DNA of 64,000 nucleotides. It comes from Octopus sinensis (Eukaryota). This document shows, piece after piece, positions 1-11,879 of the stretch (position 1 is its first letter; each line of letters opens with the position of its first letter). Position numbers and translations under genes: made by a program. Under the pieces are notes generated by a model. The model had not been told where the DNA came from. It did no database searches and saw only the letters and a list, made by a program, of their open reading frames with translations. Location: positions 58,218,001 through 58,282,000 of the forward strand of contig NC_043005.1 in NCBI RefSeq assembly GCF_006345805.1, given 5' to 3'.

Positions 1-1105
1 GATTTGCTAAGCTCCTCATATTTAAATGTGATTATATGTGCAGAATATCTCTGTTTAAAGTTAATAGTAGACCCAATATAGTAGTTAGTAGAATTATGCA
101 ATTTGTTGTGTACCATGCATTTGTATACTACATTTAACCTTCTGCAGTGGGCTTGCAAGGGATTTTTGGTCATAGATCAGCAGTTGCAGCTATCTGACCT
201 ACATGGGTTATTAGTGGAAGATGCAGTACTATTTATGGAGAAATTAAAATTACAGGTGGTATTAGGGGATTGGATCATATTATTAATATTATTACTATTA
301 TTGTTATTAGTAGTAGTAATGGTATTATTATTATTATCAATAATAATATTAGTAGTAGTAGTGGTGGTCATATTAGTTATTAACATTAGTATTAGTGGTG
401 GTGCTATTAGTATCAACATTCATCTCAGCTGCACTTCAATCTTTGTTGTAAGTGGGGATGTTTGTATTTTGGTTAATTCTGGTTGTAGTGCTTGGGTTGC
501 AGGTGTGGTGTGTGCCATCAATATCAGTATTAGTGTTTGTGTGGCTTTGACCTATGCTATGATTATATGTATTCAGGTAGGAGGAATTAAGTTTACACTT
601 ATTGGAAGAGATAACAATAGATTCTATATTGGGTGGAGCAGAGTAGGATAATTTTAGGGTAGATCTAATGAAGAGTGAATGATATTTATGGTGACGTGGG
701 AAGTTAGAGTCTAATATTTGAAAGAAGGTTTTGGCTAAGCCTTTAACGTTTAATGTATCAAGAAAATTGTTCGAAAACAATTATTCGAAAAACTATTATT
801 CGAAACATTATTTGTGTACTTGATTTTTAATTTTATCATTTTTGTTTAAATAAAATAAAAAAATTTAGAATTATTAACATTTCGTTTAATTGCCCTTTTG
901 AATAATTTTCATTCATACAATTTTCCATTCGAATAGATGTTTTTTAAATAGCTGTTTTCGAATGATTGTCTTGAACAATCATTTTTGAACAATGTTCATA
1001 TAATCACATTTAAAGCAAATGGGGGTGTAAACCAGGGAATTGATCTACCCATGCTTTTGTTGGGTAATATAGGGGAAGTATAATCTATAGTGTTTGTTAG
1101 AGGAG
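1..1105 (-). mobile_element. Decayed Penelope-like element: RT-EN linker and GIY-YIG endonuclease remnant
   Basis: Minus strand reads RSIPWFTPPFALNV (~1010-1050), then NVKGLAKTFFQILDSNFPRHHKYHSLFIRSTLKLSYSAPPNI (~630-750), then CNC*SMTKNPLQAHCRRLNVVYKCMV..YYIGSTINFKQRYSAH..F (1-190). This matches the PLE pattern IIWFNPP / FP..H.L..IF.R..K.SYSC.PN / CNC..CPL..C..VVY..YIG.T..FK.RY..H. Confidence 0.8.
754..1005. mobile_element. Small MITE-like insertion splitting the PLE remnant
   Basis: Interrupts the PLE frame between PPFALNV and NVKGLAK. Flanked by ACGTTTAA (746-753) and ACATTTAA (1006-1013). Inverted subterminal ATTGTTCRAAA / TTCGAA motifs at both ends. Confidence 0.45.
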
Positions 1106-1204
1106 AGTTGCATACACACATATATATATATATTTGTGCGTGTGTGTATGTATATATATATATATATAAATTGATCAAAATAAAAACATGATGCGAAGGA
1201 TTCA

Positions 1205-1282
1205 GCGGTACATATGTTTCGGGCCTTTATTAGACAGATTTATAACAATGCATAATGTATGTCTGTGGCCTTCTTCAGCCGC
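1205..1282 (-). ncRNA. Minimal type-I hammerhead ribozyme motif (H1)
   Basis: Minus strand: GCGG-CUGAAGA-A-GGCC-(41 nt)-GGCC-C-GAA-ACAUAUGU-A-CCGC. Helix I 4 GC bp, helix III palindrome ACAUAUGU, GUA cleavage triplet. Confidence 0.75.
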
Positions 1283-1335
1283 GCACAACAGCTTCCACAA
1301 GGACATGTGTTACATCAAAAATTCTTACATATATA

Positions 1336-2955
1336 GCCCCCTCCTATTTATCATAGTCCTCCAGGCAATAACGGAGGAATTCAAGACAGGATGCCCTTGG
1401 GAGCTCCTCTATGCTGATGACCTTGCTCTAATTGCTGAGTCGCTATCAGAACTGGAGGAGAAGTTTCAGGTGTGGAAACAAGGATTAGAATCGAAGGGCC
1501 TCAGAGTCAATCTAGCTAAAACCAAAGTCGTAATCAGTAGGAAGGTAGACAAATCACAAACACCTTCAGGTAGATGGCCCTGCTCGATCTGTAGAAAAGG
1601 TGTAGGTAGAAACTCTATAAGATGCACCAAGTGTAAGCTATGGACACATAAGAGATGCAGCAATGTCAAAGGAAGGCTAACTAGGAAGATGGTTTTGTAT
1701 GTGGCAGATGCTCAGGAACAATAAACACTGAAAATGCTCTGAGACCAACTTCCGTCACTTTCGGGAGAAAAACTAGAAATAGTTGATAGTTTCCGTTACC
1801 TAGGTGACCAAGTCAGCAGCGGGGGTGGGTGTGCTGAAAGTGTAACTGCTAGAGTAAGAATAGCTTGGGCAAAGTTCAGAGAGCTCTTACCTCTGCTGGT
1901 GACAAAAGGCCTCTCGCACAGAGTGAAAGGCAGACTGTATGATGCGTGTGTACGAACAGCCATGCTACATGGCAGTGAAACATGGGCCGTGACTGCTGAG
2001 GATATGCGTAAGCTCGCTAGAAATGAAGCCAGTATGCTCCGATGGATGTGTAATGCTGGTACTCACACTCGGCAGAGTGTAAGTACCTTGAGAGAAAAGC
2101 TGGACCTAAGAAGCATCAGTTGTGGTGTGCAAGAGAGACGTTTGCGCTGGTATGGTCATGTGGCGAGAATGGATGAAGATAGTTGTGTGAAAAAGTGCCA
2201 CACCCTAGCGGTTGAGGGAACCTGTGGAAGAGGCAGACCCAGGAAAACCTGGGACGAGGTGGTGAAGCACGACCTTCGAACTTTAGGTCTCACTGAGGAA
2301 ATGACTAGAGACCGAGACCTCTGGAAGTGTGCTGTGCGCGAGAAGACCCGGCAGGACAAGTGAGTCCACAACCCGTGGCCTTCTACATGGATGGAGCCAG
2401 CCTACGTATGCATACCTTCCCTTCTGGGACACAAAACTCTACTTGTGAAGACGTGTTGAGGCAAGTGAGGATCAGAATCGAAATCGATCAATGGAATTGC
2501 GGATGTGCTACCAGTGCCGGTGGCATGTCGAAACTCTGCTTGTGAAGACCCATTGAGGCAAGTGAGGATCAGAATCGAAATCGATCAATGGAAATTGCAG
2601 ATGTGTTACCAGTGCCGGTGGCATGTAAGAGAACTTTCCGTTTCGCGACCGTTGCCAGCACCGCCCCGTTTCGTGTCCGTTGCCAGCCTCGCCTGGCCCT
2701 CGTGCCGGTGGCACATAAAAAGCACCATCCGTCGTGGCCGTTTGCTAGCTCTGTCTGGCACCAGTGCGGGTAGCACGTAAAAAGCACCCACTACACTCAC
2801 GGAGTGGTTGGCGTTAGGAAGGGCATCCAGCCGTAGAAACACTGCCAGATTTGACTGGGCCTGATGAAGCCTTCTGGCTTCACAGACCCCAGTAGAACCG
2901 TCCACCCATGCTAGCATGGAAAACGGACGCTAAATGATGATGATGATGATGATGA
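1336..2955 (+). mobile_element. 5'-truncated RTE-clade LINE (RT domains 4-7 to C-terminus, 3' UTR, (GAT)n tail)
   Basis: SPLLFIIVL..PWELLYADDLAL, KTKVV, CCHC-like CSIC..C..C..H..C, FRYLG, MLHGSETWA, RLRWYGHVARM, GRGRPRKTW. Frameshift near 1690-1760. Ends ..GGAAAACGGACGCTAAA(TGA)n. Confidence 0.92.
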
Positions 2956-3002
2956 TATATATATATATATATAATATATATATATATATATTATATATAT
3001 AC

Positions 3003-3086
<84 letters not shown>

Positions 3087-3115
3087 CACATATATATATT
3101 ATATATATAACCTAC
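2955..3115. repeat. (TA)n/(CA)n microsatellite
   Basis: Direct inspection. Confidence 0.95.
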
Positions 3116-3543
3116 TATATACCTAGTAATCAGTTGATTTAGCAAGCAGGACCTCATCACAGTGATGGGATGACCTGGTATGCAGTAATGCTGTCAAGTG
3201 GAAGGCCTTGAAATGCCAAGCATCCTCTCCTGGTGACCTTACAAGTTTGCTAGCTTATGGTATCCAGAGCTTTCAACTGGTAGCACTTGCATTTGCAAGT
3301 TGTTTGCAAAATATTTGTGCATGTGTAGCTTTGCAGTAAGACGGTTCCTTCCCAAACACATGGTTCTGGGTTCAGTCCCACAGCATGGCACCTTGGGAAA
3401 GTGTCTTCCATTATAGCCTTGGATTGATCAGAGCCTTGTGAGTGGATTGGTACATAGAAACTGAAAGAAGCCCATCATATATATATATGTGTATATACAT
3501 ATATATATAAAGCAAATAAGTAACAAGGATGTCCAGGTATTAG

Positions 3544-3629
3544 TGCATTACGGCCGTTTCAAGCAGCTTGATTTAATCATTCAATACAAGCAATACATCT
3601 ATTTGAAAAACTCGCTTTCCTCAGATGCA
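3544..3629 (-). ncRNA. Minimal type-I hammerhead ribozyme motif (H2)
   Basis: Minus strand: UGCAU-CUGAGGA-AAGC-(49 nt)-GCUU-GAA-ACGGCCGU-A-AUGCA. Helix I 5 bp, helix II 4 bp, palindromic helix III, GUA site. Confidence 0.8.
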
Positions 3630-4600
3630 TAAGACCATATAGGTTTTTAACATACAGGATATTCCATTATAATTGCTTAGCAAAATTTTTTTTTATCAAA
3701 ACTAGAGAATAAAAGAATTACATGCTTATTGCTGTTATTGAAGCAGAATGAATTTAGGGAGAAAATACCCAAAGCCTGCTATAATTTGGAGTGGCAGAAG
3801 ATAATATAGCTATATTCTTTCTCCTTAGCACAATCAAAAGACCCAACTGCTGCAAGTATTCTATATCCACTTAGAATTAAAACCACTGGGAATTGACAAT
3901 TAAGTTCTTACAACTGGTGATAAATTAATTAATGTCAGATACTCTTCCCTACCCCTATTTTACTGTGACTATAAATTCACCATGACTACATAAAAGGACA
4001 TGCCCCAGAAGATGCCAGCAAGAAAATGGTATATATCCAGAAAGAGGAAGGGCAAGGGTGACTTAAACTATATTATCATAATGTATTAAAAGGGGCCTAA
4101 AATAAAAACAAAGGTGGTTACAATGAGATCCAAGTGGGCATTAAGGGTACAGGGGGAATATTGTATATCCAAATTTATCAAAATTTATATATTATTATAT
4201 TTTGTGTATTAAATGATAAAATTTAAAAAGGGATTTAAGGACCAAGTAAGAGAAGGATAGATAAACCAATCTAAGCCCTAAAGAATGGGGTACTCTTGTA
4301 TAAAATAGAAACCTCATAATGCTTCCTCCTTGCATGTTGTTAAGGTAGTCATGATAAAACTATTCAACAATGGCCCCATAATTAAATTCAAATTTCATTC
4401 GAGAAGGAGTACACATTTGCTATTGACTGAATACCAAAGATTAAGGGCAAAAGACAAAATAATCAATTCTATAATACCTATGATACTGGACTGACTTGGT
4501 GCCTCAACTTAAATACCTAATTCAACTAAATCTTAATTATTTCCTATACGCATACTTATATATATAAAATCAAAATAAGCAACAAGGATATTCAGAGGTA

Positions 4601-4688
4601 ATGCAGTACGATCGTTTCATGCGACTCCATTTAATTGAACAATGCAATCATTACATCAATTTAAAATGTAGAGCAATCTTCAGCTGCA
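4601..4688 (-). ncRNA. Minimal type-I hammerhead ribozyme motif (H3)
   Basis: Minus strand: UGCAG-CUGAAGA-UUGC-..-GCAU-GAA-ACGAUCGU-A-CUGCA. Confidence 0.72.
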
Positions 4689-4846
4689 CAAAAACATAGA
4701 ATTTAATTAAATTTGAAGGACACAGTAGTATAATTTTATCCTGTTGGTAAAACATGTTCTTTGTCTATCTCCTTATCCTCTTGGAGATTTTGGATAAAAT
4801 TATTATACTAATGTGTCCTTCAAATTTAGTTAAATTCTATGTTTTT

Positions 4847-4935
4847 GTGCAGCTGAAGATTGCTCTACATTTTAAATTGATGTAATGATTGCATTGTTCA
4901 ATTAAATGGAGTCGCATGAAACAATTGTACTGCAT
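4847..4935 (+). ncRNA. Minimal type-I hammerhead ribozyme motif (H4)
   Basis: UGCAG(4848)-CUGAAGA(4853-4859)-UUGC-extended hairpin-GCAU-GAA(4918)-ACAAUUGU(4921-4928)-A-CUGCA(4930-4934). Confidence 0.72.
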
Positions 4936-5051
4936 TACCTCTGGATATCCTTGTTGCTGACTTTGATTATAATCACCTTATTTTAAATTGTATAGATATA
5001 TCATACTAAATTCTGGTGCCTCAACTTAAGTACCATATTCATCTGAATTTA

Positions 5052-5084
<33 letters not shown>

Positions 5085-6904
5085 ATTTTGTGCTTGTATT
5101 TGTTCCTCCATCATCGCTTGACAACTGGTGTTGGTGTGTTTCCATATCGGCAAAAGAGATTGATAGAATGAGTACTAGGCTTAAAAAATAAGTCCTGGTG
5201 TCGATTTGTTTGTCTAAAACACTTCAAGGCAGTGCACCATCATGGCCACAGTCAAGTGACTGAAACAAGTAAAAGATTATATATGTACCACACACACACA
5301 CACACACACACACTCATACTCACACATATAAACAACATATATATAAGTTGTTTTTTATGTGTGTGAGTGTGTATGTGTGTGTGTGTGTGTGTATATAAGG
5401 GTTGTGAGTCACATGTTGGTATATTGAAATCTTTGGTGGGATGATAGTATATGTATGTGTATGCATCTTGATGTGTTAGTAAGTGTATGTGTGTTTGCCT
5501 GTACATATATATATAAGTATATATGTACAGGTGTGTGTCTCTGTGTGTGTGTGTGTGAGTGTGTGTGTGTGTGTTTGTGTGTGTGCATGTGTGCATGCAT
5601 GCATGTGTCTCTGTGTATCATTTGCTCACTTTTATCTAAAGAAAAAATATTGATATATGGAGACAGAAATTTGTAATTTTCTGAAGTAATCTCATGTCTT
5701 TAGGGAAGGTCATAGCATTTGTCACCTGTACATGTTTCCTCAGTGATTTTCCAGACACACACCATTACCTTTCTTAGGTGTATTAGTAACACAAGGTTAG
5801 CAGTAATCTGTCTGGAAATTGCAATGTCTAAAACCAAAACCAATTTTTCTAAGATAAAACATATCTTAGCTCTTATCTTTTACTTGTATCAGTCATGAGA
5901 CTATGTTTTCTACTAAACCCTGAGCTGACCGAAAAACTTTGGAGTGGATTTGGCTGACAGAAAACTTCTTCCTCTACTTCCACCTATCTATTCTTGCCCC
6001 AAATTCTTATGAAAGCATCCACTCTATCATCCCCTCCCATGATCCACTGTCCACAGCTTTTCTTATATACACCTTTTTGTTCTTTGAGAGTTTGTTCCAG
6101 CAGCCCATCATTACTTTCTATTATCTTCTCCATTGCAAGACACCTGTGATTGTCCTTTTAGCATACTTTAGCCTTTCAATATCTGACATACAGTCACACA
6201 TCTCCACACTCTCCTCCCAAATACTTCTTAATAGTGCCAGCTTTTTCCTCACATTTCCTCCTTCTGTCTTGCAAATTACATGGCAATCTTACTGGTGCTG
6301 GTGGCATTAAAAAAACACTCAGTACACTCTGTAAAATAGTTGGCATTAAGGAGAGCATCAGCTGTAGACACCATGCCAAAGATGACACTGGGGGCATTAA
6401 CAGAGCCCTGCACCTCAGGGATTCCCTGTCAAGCCATCCTACCCATGCCAGCATGGAAAGTGGATGTGTGGTAAGAAGTTTGCTTCCCAACCACATGGTT
6501 CTGGGTTCAGTCCCACAGTGTGGCACCTCGGGCAGGTGTCTTCTGCAATGACTTCAGACCAACCAAAGACATGTGAGTGGATTTGGTAGATGGAAACTGA
6601 AAGAAGCTCATCATATATATATGTCTGTATGTGTCCTTGTGTTTGTGTTTGTCCCTCAGCACCAGAATGGTCACAGTCTAAAGACTGAAACAAGTGAAAG
6701 ATAAAATATATATATATACATATATATATATATTAGTAGTGAGAGTAAGTGCTCACCACTGCGTTGGTGGATAAGTATTCTTTATTTAAGTTGAAAAGTC
6801 ATGCTTGAACAATTGCGAAGAGCTCTTCACATGAAACCATTGGTTGCCTTGTTAACCCACAATGGTTGCTCTGTTAGCCCACAAATGAAAAACAACTATA
6901 AATA

Positions 6905-7262
6905 GGAGTGTGATAAGAAGTGTGCTTCCCAACCACATGGTTTGGGGTTCAGTCCTACTGCATGGCACCTTGGGCAAGTGTCTTCTACTATAGCCTTGGA
7001 CTAACCAAACCCTTGTGAGTGGATTTGGTTGATGGAAACTGAAAGAAGCCCATGATATATATGTATGTGTGTTTTTCCCCCCACCATTGCTTGAGAACCG
7101 ATGTTGGTGGGTTTATGTCATCATAACTTAGTGGTTTGGCAAAAGACACTGATAGAATAAGTACTAGGCTTACAAAGAATAAGTCCTGGGGTTGATGTTC
7201 GACTAAAGGCAATGCTCCAGCATGGTTGAGGTCAGATAACTGAAACAAAAGCATAAAAGAAA
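6905..7262 (+). mobile_element. tRNA-derived SINE family A (internal microsatellite type)
   Basis: Matches the full-length copy at 51687-52105. Further partial copies at ~3325-3480, 5070-5277, 6466-6708, 16545-16665(-), 18530-18680(-), 18780-18900, 27880-28140(-), 44390-44680(-), 60830-61015(-). Confidence 0.85.
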
Positions 7263-8712
7263 GAATAAAGAATAAATACACACACACACACACACAAATA
7301 TGTATGTGTATTTATATATATATGTGTATATATATGTGATTATATATATACATACACACACACATGCATACTAATATATATCTGTATATAAAGCAGAGCT
7401 TATGTATGTGTGTGTGTGTGCATATGTTCCTTATGCATTTGAAAAATTAGTTTCCGATTTTGATGTATTGGGTATCAAAAGATTCAATAATCTTTTGGCT
7501 ACCAAATAAACTTTATTTTCATTTATATATTTGTATTACAAAAATTTACCATTATGATCTTTCTTTCAGTCAATTATCATAAATGACATTTTATACCACG
7601 ATGATGACATCACATTTTCTATATGAGTATGTATGTGTGTGTCAATGTGTGTGTCAGTGTGTGTGTTTGCGTGTTCGTTATGTACATTAGGCTGATGACT
7701 GAGAAGTATATGTGTGTAAGTGTATGTGACGGTGTGTATGTGTCTGTCAGTATACATACATTTTTGAGACGACTGATACACACACATCTAAAGACAGAGA
7801 CAGACACACAAAGGTATAGAGATAGGCCTGAGGTGTATGTGAATATATGTCAGTGTGTCTGTCTTACTATATGTATGTGACTGAACTGCCCAACAGTGAA
7901 ATGCGCCGATTTTGAAAGACTAGTTTAGTTGTGGCTTGGATATTGAATGAACATCAGCGTTCACTTTGAAGTACCACTGTTTTCATTTTCCTTTCCATCA
8001 TGGAAAGTTGTGGTTTAAACAGCATTAACGATTATCACTACTTATGTGCTGAAATATTATTCTGGCTTTTAGAACCAACCTGAAAATTTGGCAGATTTGA
8101 CAGCACTCACAAATTTCACAAATGTATCTGGAAAAATTTTATTCTGATTATTATAACAAATTTGGAAACTTGGCAAAGTAGAAAACCTTAGTGGCTCTCT
8201 CAATATAATTACAGAAATGTTATCCCAGTCCCTATAACAAGTTTGAAGACAACACTTTTTTAACAGTGCTAGCATCCATATCATATTCCTGCTATACTGC
8301 TTTATCAGTGTGAGTATTCAATGCTCTGCAAACTTTTTACTGCATTAGTCAATATTTATTCTACAGCCTATAATCTTACACAGTTAAAATATATAGTAAA
8401 TGATGTCAAATTAATTTTTGTCTTGCTACACACATCCTTCAGCAAATGTTTTAAATTAATTAATGTTTACAACAGCAACATGTTCCTTCGTACACACTTT
8501 GTTCAGCGTTCATTAAAAAATGTAAAATAATAAATTATTTTTGTAAGAAAATTTGAATTATGCTTTCTGAATTTTCTTGGAGCTTGACTTTCTTCACTCT
8601 GACATTCAATCCTGAATTTTATAACATTTAGTACATGTTCTAAATAAATGTTGACTTGCTGTACTTTGTTACATTGGTGATGCATTGTAATTTTTGCTAA
8701 ATTGGTGACTTC

Positions 8713-8848
8713 TTTAAATGTTGAAGTGAATCTAACAATTTTTTTGTGTTTCTTAAATGGCTTATAAGCACCTTCCACGCTGCAATTGCTTTCGTTCCAG
8801 CACATGATCTCAGATCAGGTCACTTGCTATGCAAGTACATCTCCGTAA
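8713..8848 (+). repeat. Solo copy of the arm of the 44682-44940 foldback family
   Basis: AAATGTTGAAGTGAATCTAAC..CACGCTGCAATTG..GTACATCTCCGTAA is also present at 44870-45003. Both copies end in (TA)n. Confidence 0.85.
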
Positions 8849-8860
8849 TATATATATGTA

Positions 8861-9474
8861 TATAAATTAGAAAAAAAACACCTTTTATTAATTCAAAATA
8901 AGCAATTAAATTACACCATCTAGAAAATTACATATAGAAATATTAAAAATAAAATAACAATAATACACCGCTGATTAAGTAAATTGCAAAATAATAATAA
9001 AAACGTATATATTTGGTACCAAATATATGTTTTTATTATTATTTTTATTTTTATTATTAATTTGCAATTTACTTAATCATCAGTATATTATTGTTATTCT
9101 ATTTTTAATATTTCTATTATATGTGCTGCCTTAACTGGCTTCCGTGCCGGTGGCACGTAAAATGCACCAATCCGACCGTGGCCATTGCCAGCCTCGCCTG
9201 GCACCTGTGCGGGTGGCATGTAAAAAGCACCCACTACACTCACGGAGTGGTTGGCATTAGGAAGGGCATCCAGCTGTAGAAACATTGCCAGAAAAGACTG
9301 GAGCCTTGTGCAGCCTTCTGGCTTCCCAGATCCCCGGTTGAACCGTCCAACCCATGCTAGCATGGAGAACGGACATTAAACGATGATGATGATGATGATG
9401 ATGTAATTTTCTAGATGGTGTAATTTAATTGTTCATTTTGAATTGATAAAAGGTGTTTTTTTACTAATTTTTAT
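8861..9474. repeat. Spacer-less AT-rich palindrome centred on GGTACC (9015-9020), right arm interrupted by an RTE 3' tail
   Basis: 8861-9017 is the reverse complement of 9018-9123 plus 9403-9474. Confidence 0.85.
9124..9402 (+). mobile_element. RTE 3' UTR/tail fragment
   Basis: TGCCGGTGGCACGTAAAA..GGAAGGGCATCCAGC..CATGCTAGCATGGA..(GAT)n. ATGT is duplicated at both junctions. Confidence 0.9.
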
Positions 9475-9561
9475 ATATATATCATATTTTGTGAAATTTG
9501 ATTTAGTATTTCTAATTTGGATTTTCCCCTGTAAGTCAGGAACAATATGCCCTCAAATAAT

Positions 9562-9611
<50 letters not shown>

Positions 9612-10149
9612 ACAGTTTTTGTTTCCCATGATCCACCTTGGTTCCTCTTGGTCTGAGTCATCCTAGAATTCAGAGTAGTTAATCAGTGAAACAGGTATGA
9701 GAATGGACGACTATGCATACAGTGAAAAATAACAAGAATATAGAGAGCAGTTCATACATAGTCAATTAACAGGTTTCAATATAAGCATGAATAAAAATTA
9801 GATTTATGTAAATGTGTTTGAAATAAAAAAATATTTTTATGTTTCTGTTGGTAAAAATTAATTGAATAATTCATGTGTTGTGAAAATAGTGTTATTGACA
9901 TGCATGGTCTGGCACAAAGAGATTAATAGCATTCGGTATTTTGTTCAGCTAAAGCATAGCTCACATTAAAACTAACATTGGTGGTTCTGTCTGAAAAGAG
10001 CAAGAACAGAAAGCTGTTGGGGCAATACTAAAGTGCTGAGAGAAACATGTTTATGGAAGTTGGTTGTTGAGTGAAGAGCTGAGAGGGAGAATAGCTCTGA
10101 GTTCTTGCTTATATAACAAAAAATGGTCCCAGCTATGGATTAATTAGCA

Positions 10150-11035
10150 TATGCCCCTGGGAGATCCTCTATGCTGATGACTTTGCTCTAATAGCTGAGT
10201 CACTGTCAGAACTAGAGAAGTTTCAGGTGTGGAAGTAAGGTCTAGAATTGAAGGGCCTTAGAGTGAATGTAGCAAAAACCAAAGTTTTAATAATTAGGAC
10301 AGCAGACAGATCACAAATGCCTTCAGGTAGATGGACCTGCTCAATCTGTAGAAAAGGTGTAGATAGAAACTCCATAAGATCTACCTGGTGTAAGGTATAG
10401 ATACATAAGGGGTGCAGTAATATCAAAGGAAGGGTAACTGGGAAGATAGTTTTTGTGTGTGGCAAATGCACTGTAAGTGTGCAGAAAACAGCTTCTGTCA
10501 CATTCCAGGGATAAAAACTAGAAGTTGTTGATAGCTTCCATTCCCTAGGTGATCAAGTCAGTAGTGGGGGTGGATGCTCTGAGAGTGTAGCTGCTAGAAT
10601 AAGAATAGCCTGGGCAAAGTTCAAAGAGCTCCTACCTCTGCTGGTAACAAAAGGCCTCTCGCTCAGAGTGAAAGGTAGACTGTATGATGCATGTGTGCAA
10701 ACTGCCATGCTACACGGCAGTGAAACATGGGCTGTGATTGCTAAAGACATGTGTAAGCTTGAAAGAAATGAAGCTAGTATGCTCCGCTGGATGTGTAATG
10801 TTGGTGTGCATACACAACAGAGTGTAAGCGCCCTGAGAGAAAAGTTGGACATATGAAGCATCAGATGTGGTGTGCAAGAGAGACGACTGCACTGCTACAG
10901 TCATGCGTTACATATAGATGAGGACAGCTGTGTGAAGAAGTGTCACACCCTAACAGTGGAGGGAACCTGTGGAAGAGGTAGAACCAGAAAGACATGGGAT
11001 AAGCTGGTGAAGCACAAACTTCAGACATTGGGCAA
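10150..11035 (+). mobile_element. Degenerate RTE LINE fragment (same family as 1336-2955)
   Basis: PWEILYADD, GRLYDACV.TAMLHGSETWA, GTCGRGRTRKTW, with multiple stops and frameshifts. Confidence 0.9.
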
Positions 11036-11879
11036 ATTCACCATGCAAGTTATCAGTCATCCTTATGGATGACTAAATGGCTCTCATCATTTTGATGGAG
11101 GAACAAATGTATAACCAAAATGATCAAAACATTACTGGTTTCTGATTGGCAAACAAAACTGAAGAAATACTACTTTCCCATGAGAACCTCATGTGAACTT
11201 GCTTGAGGTTACAATTACTGTGTTAAATTTAAAACATTTTAATGTAAGTAATAACCAACCATACTTTCATCTTAAAAAAACATAATAGCCCCAACGTGAC
11301 TGCAGTCTAGTGTCTGAAACCAGAAGTAGCATAACATAATAAAGGCTATCAATGAACAGATATCTACATAAGAGGTCTTACTTAATTTTACAGATTAAGT
11401 ACTAAACAATTTTATCCATCTGTCTGCTTTCCATTTCAAGATATGATATTATACTTTGTCCAATATTTCGAAGAAAAGAAGAGGATGAGGAAACTTTTTT
11501 TTTTTTCTTTTCTTTTCAATTCTTACCATCACAAGAGATCAATTTTTCTATTGCTTTCTGAAATTAGAATATTAAAGATTCACTTTTAAGTATAGTTCTT
11601 CTTACCCTTTTTTTCTTTTTCTTTTTCTTTTTTTTTTTTTTGTCTCGTTTATCTTAAACGAGAAAACAATACTATCTCTAACTTCTGATACTCTCCACTC
11701 CATTAAATAGATAATATTACTCATGTTGAACCCAACACAAAATATCCTTTATTGAATATAGATTGTTACATTGTTGTTGTTGTTGATGTTGCTTCACTGT
11801 TATTGTTGTTGTTGTTGTTGTTGTAGCTACTATTGTTGTTATTGTTGTTTTATGTTGATGTGTCTTCCAGTGCTAGATG

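Larger units (their letters stand above)
4568..4968. repeat. Long inverted repeat (~175-bp arms, ~50-nt spacer); PLE pLTR/retrozyme-like
   Basis: 4568-4741 is the near-exact reverse complement of 4792-4968. Each arm carries a hammerhead motif. Bracketed by direct repeat TGGTGCCTCAACTTAA (4497-4512, 5014-5029). Confidence 0.9.

Noticed and set aside
103-651. 182-aa hydrophobic + strand ORF
   Set aside because: Antisense of the low-complexity PLE linker; no independent support.
2861-2885. CTGATGA plus hairpin in the RTE 3' UTR
   Set aside because: No GAAA core half; ordinary UTR stem-loop.
8060-8640. Possible decayed hAT transposase on the minus strand
   Set aside because: Only vague resemblance; no diagnostic motif could be read with confidence.
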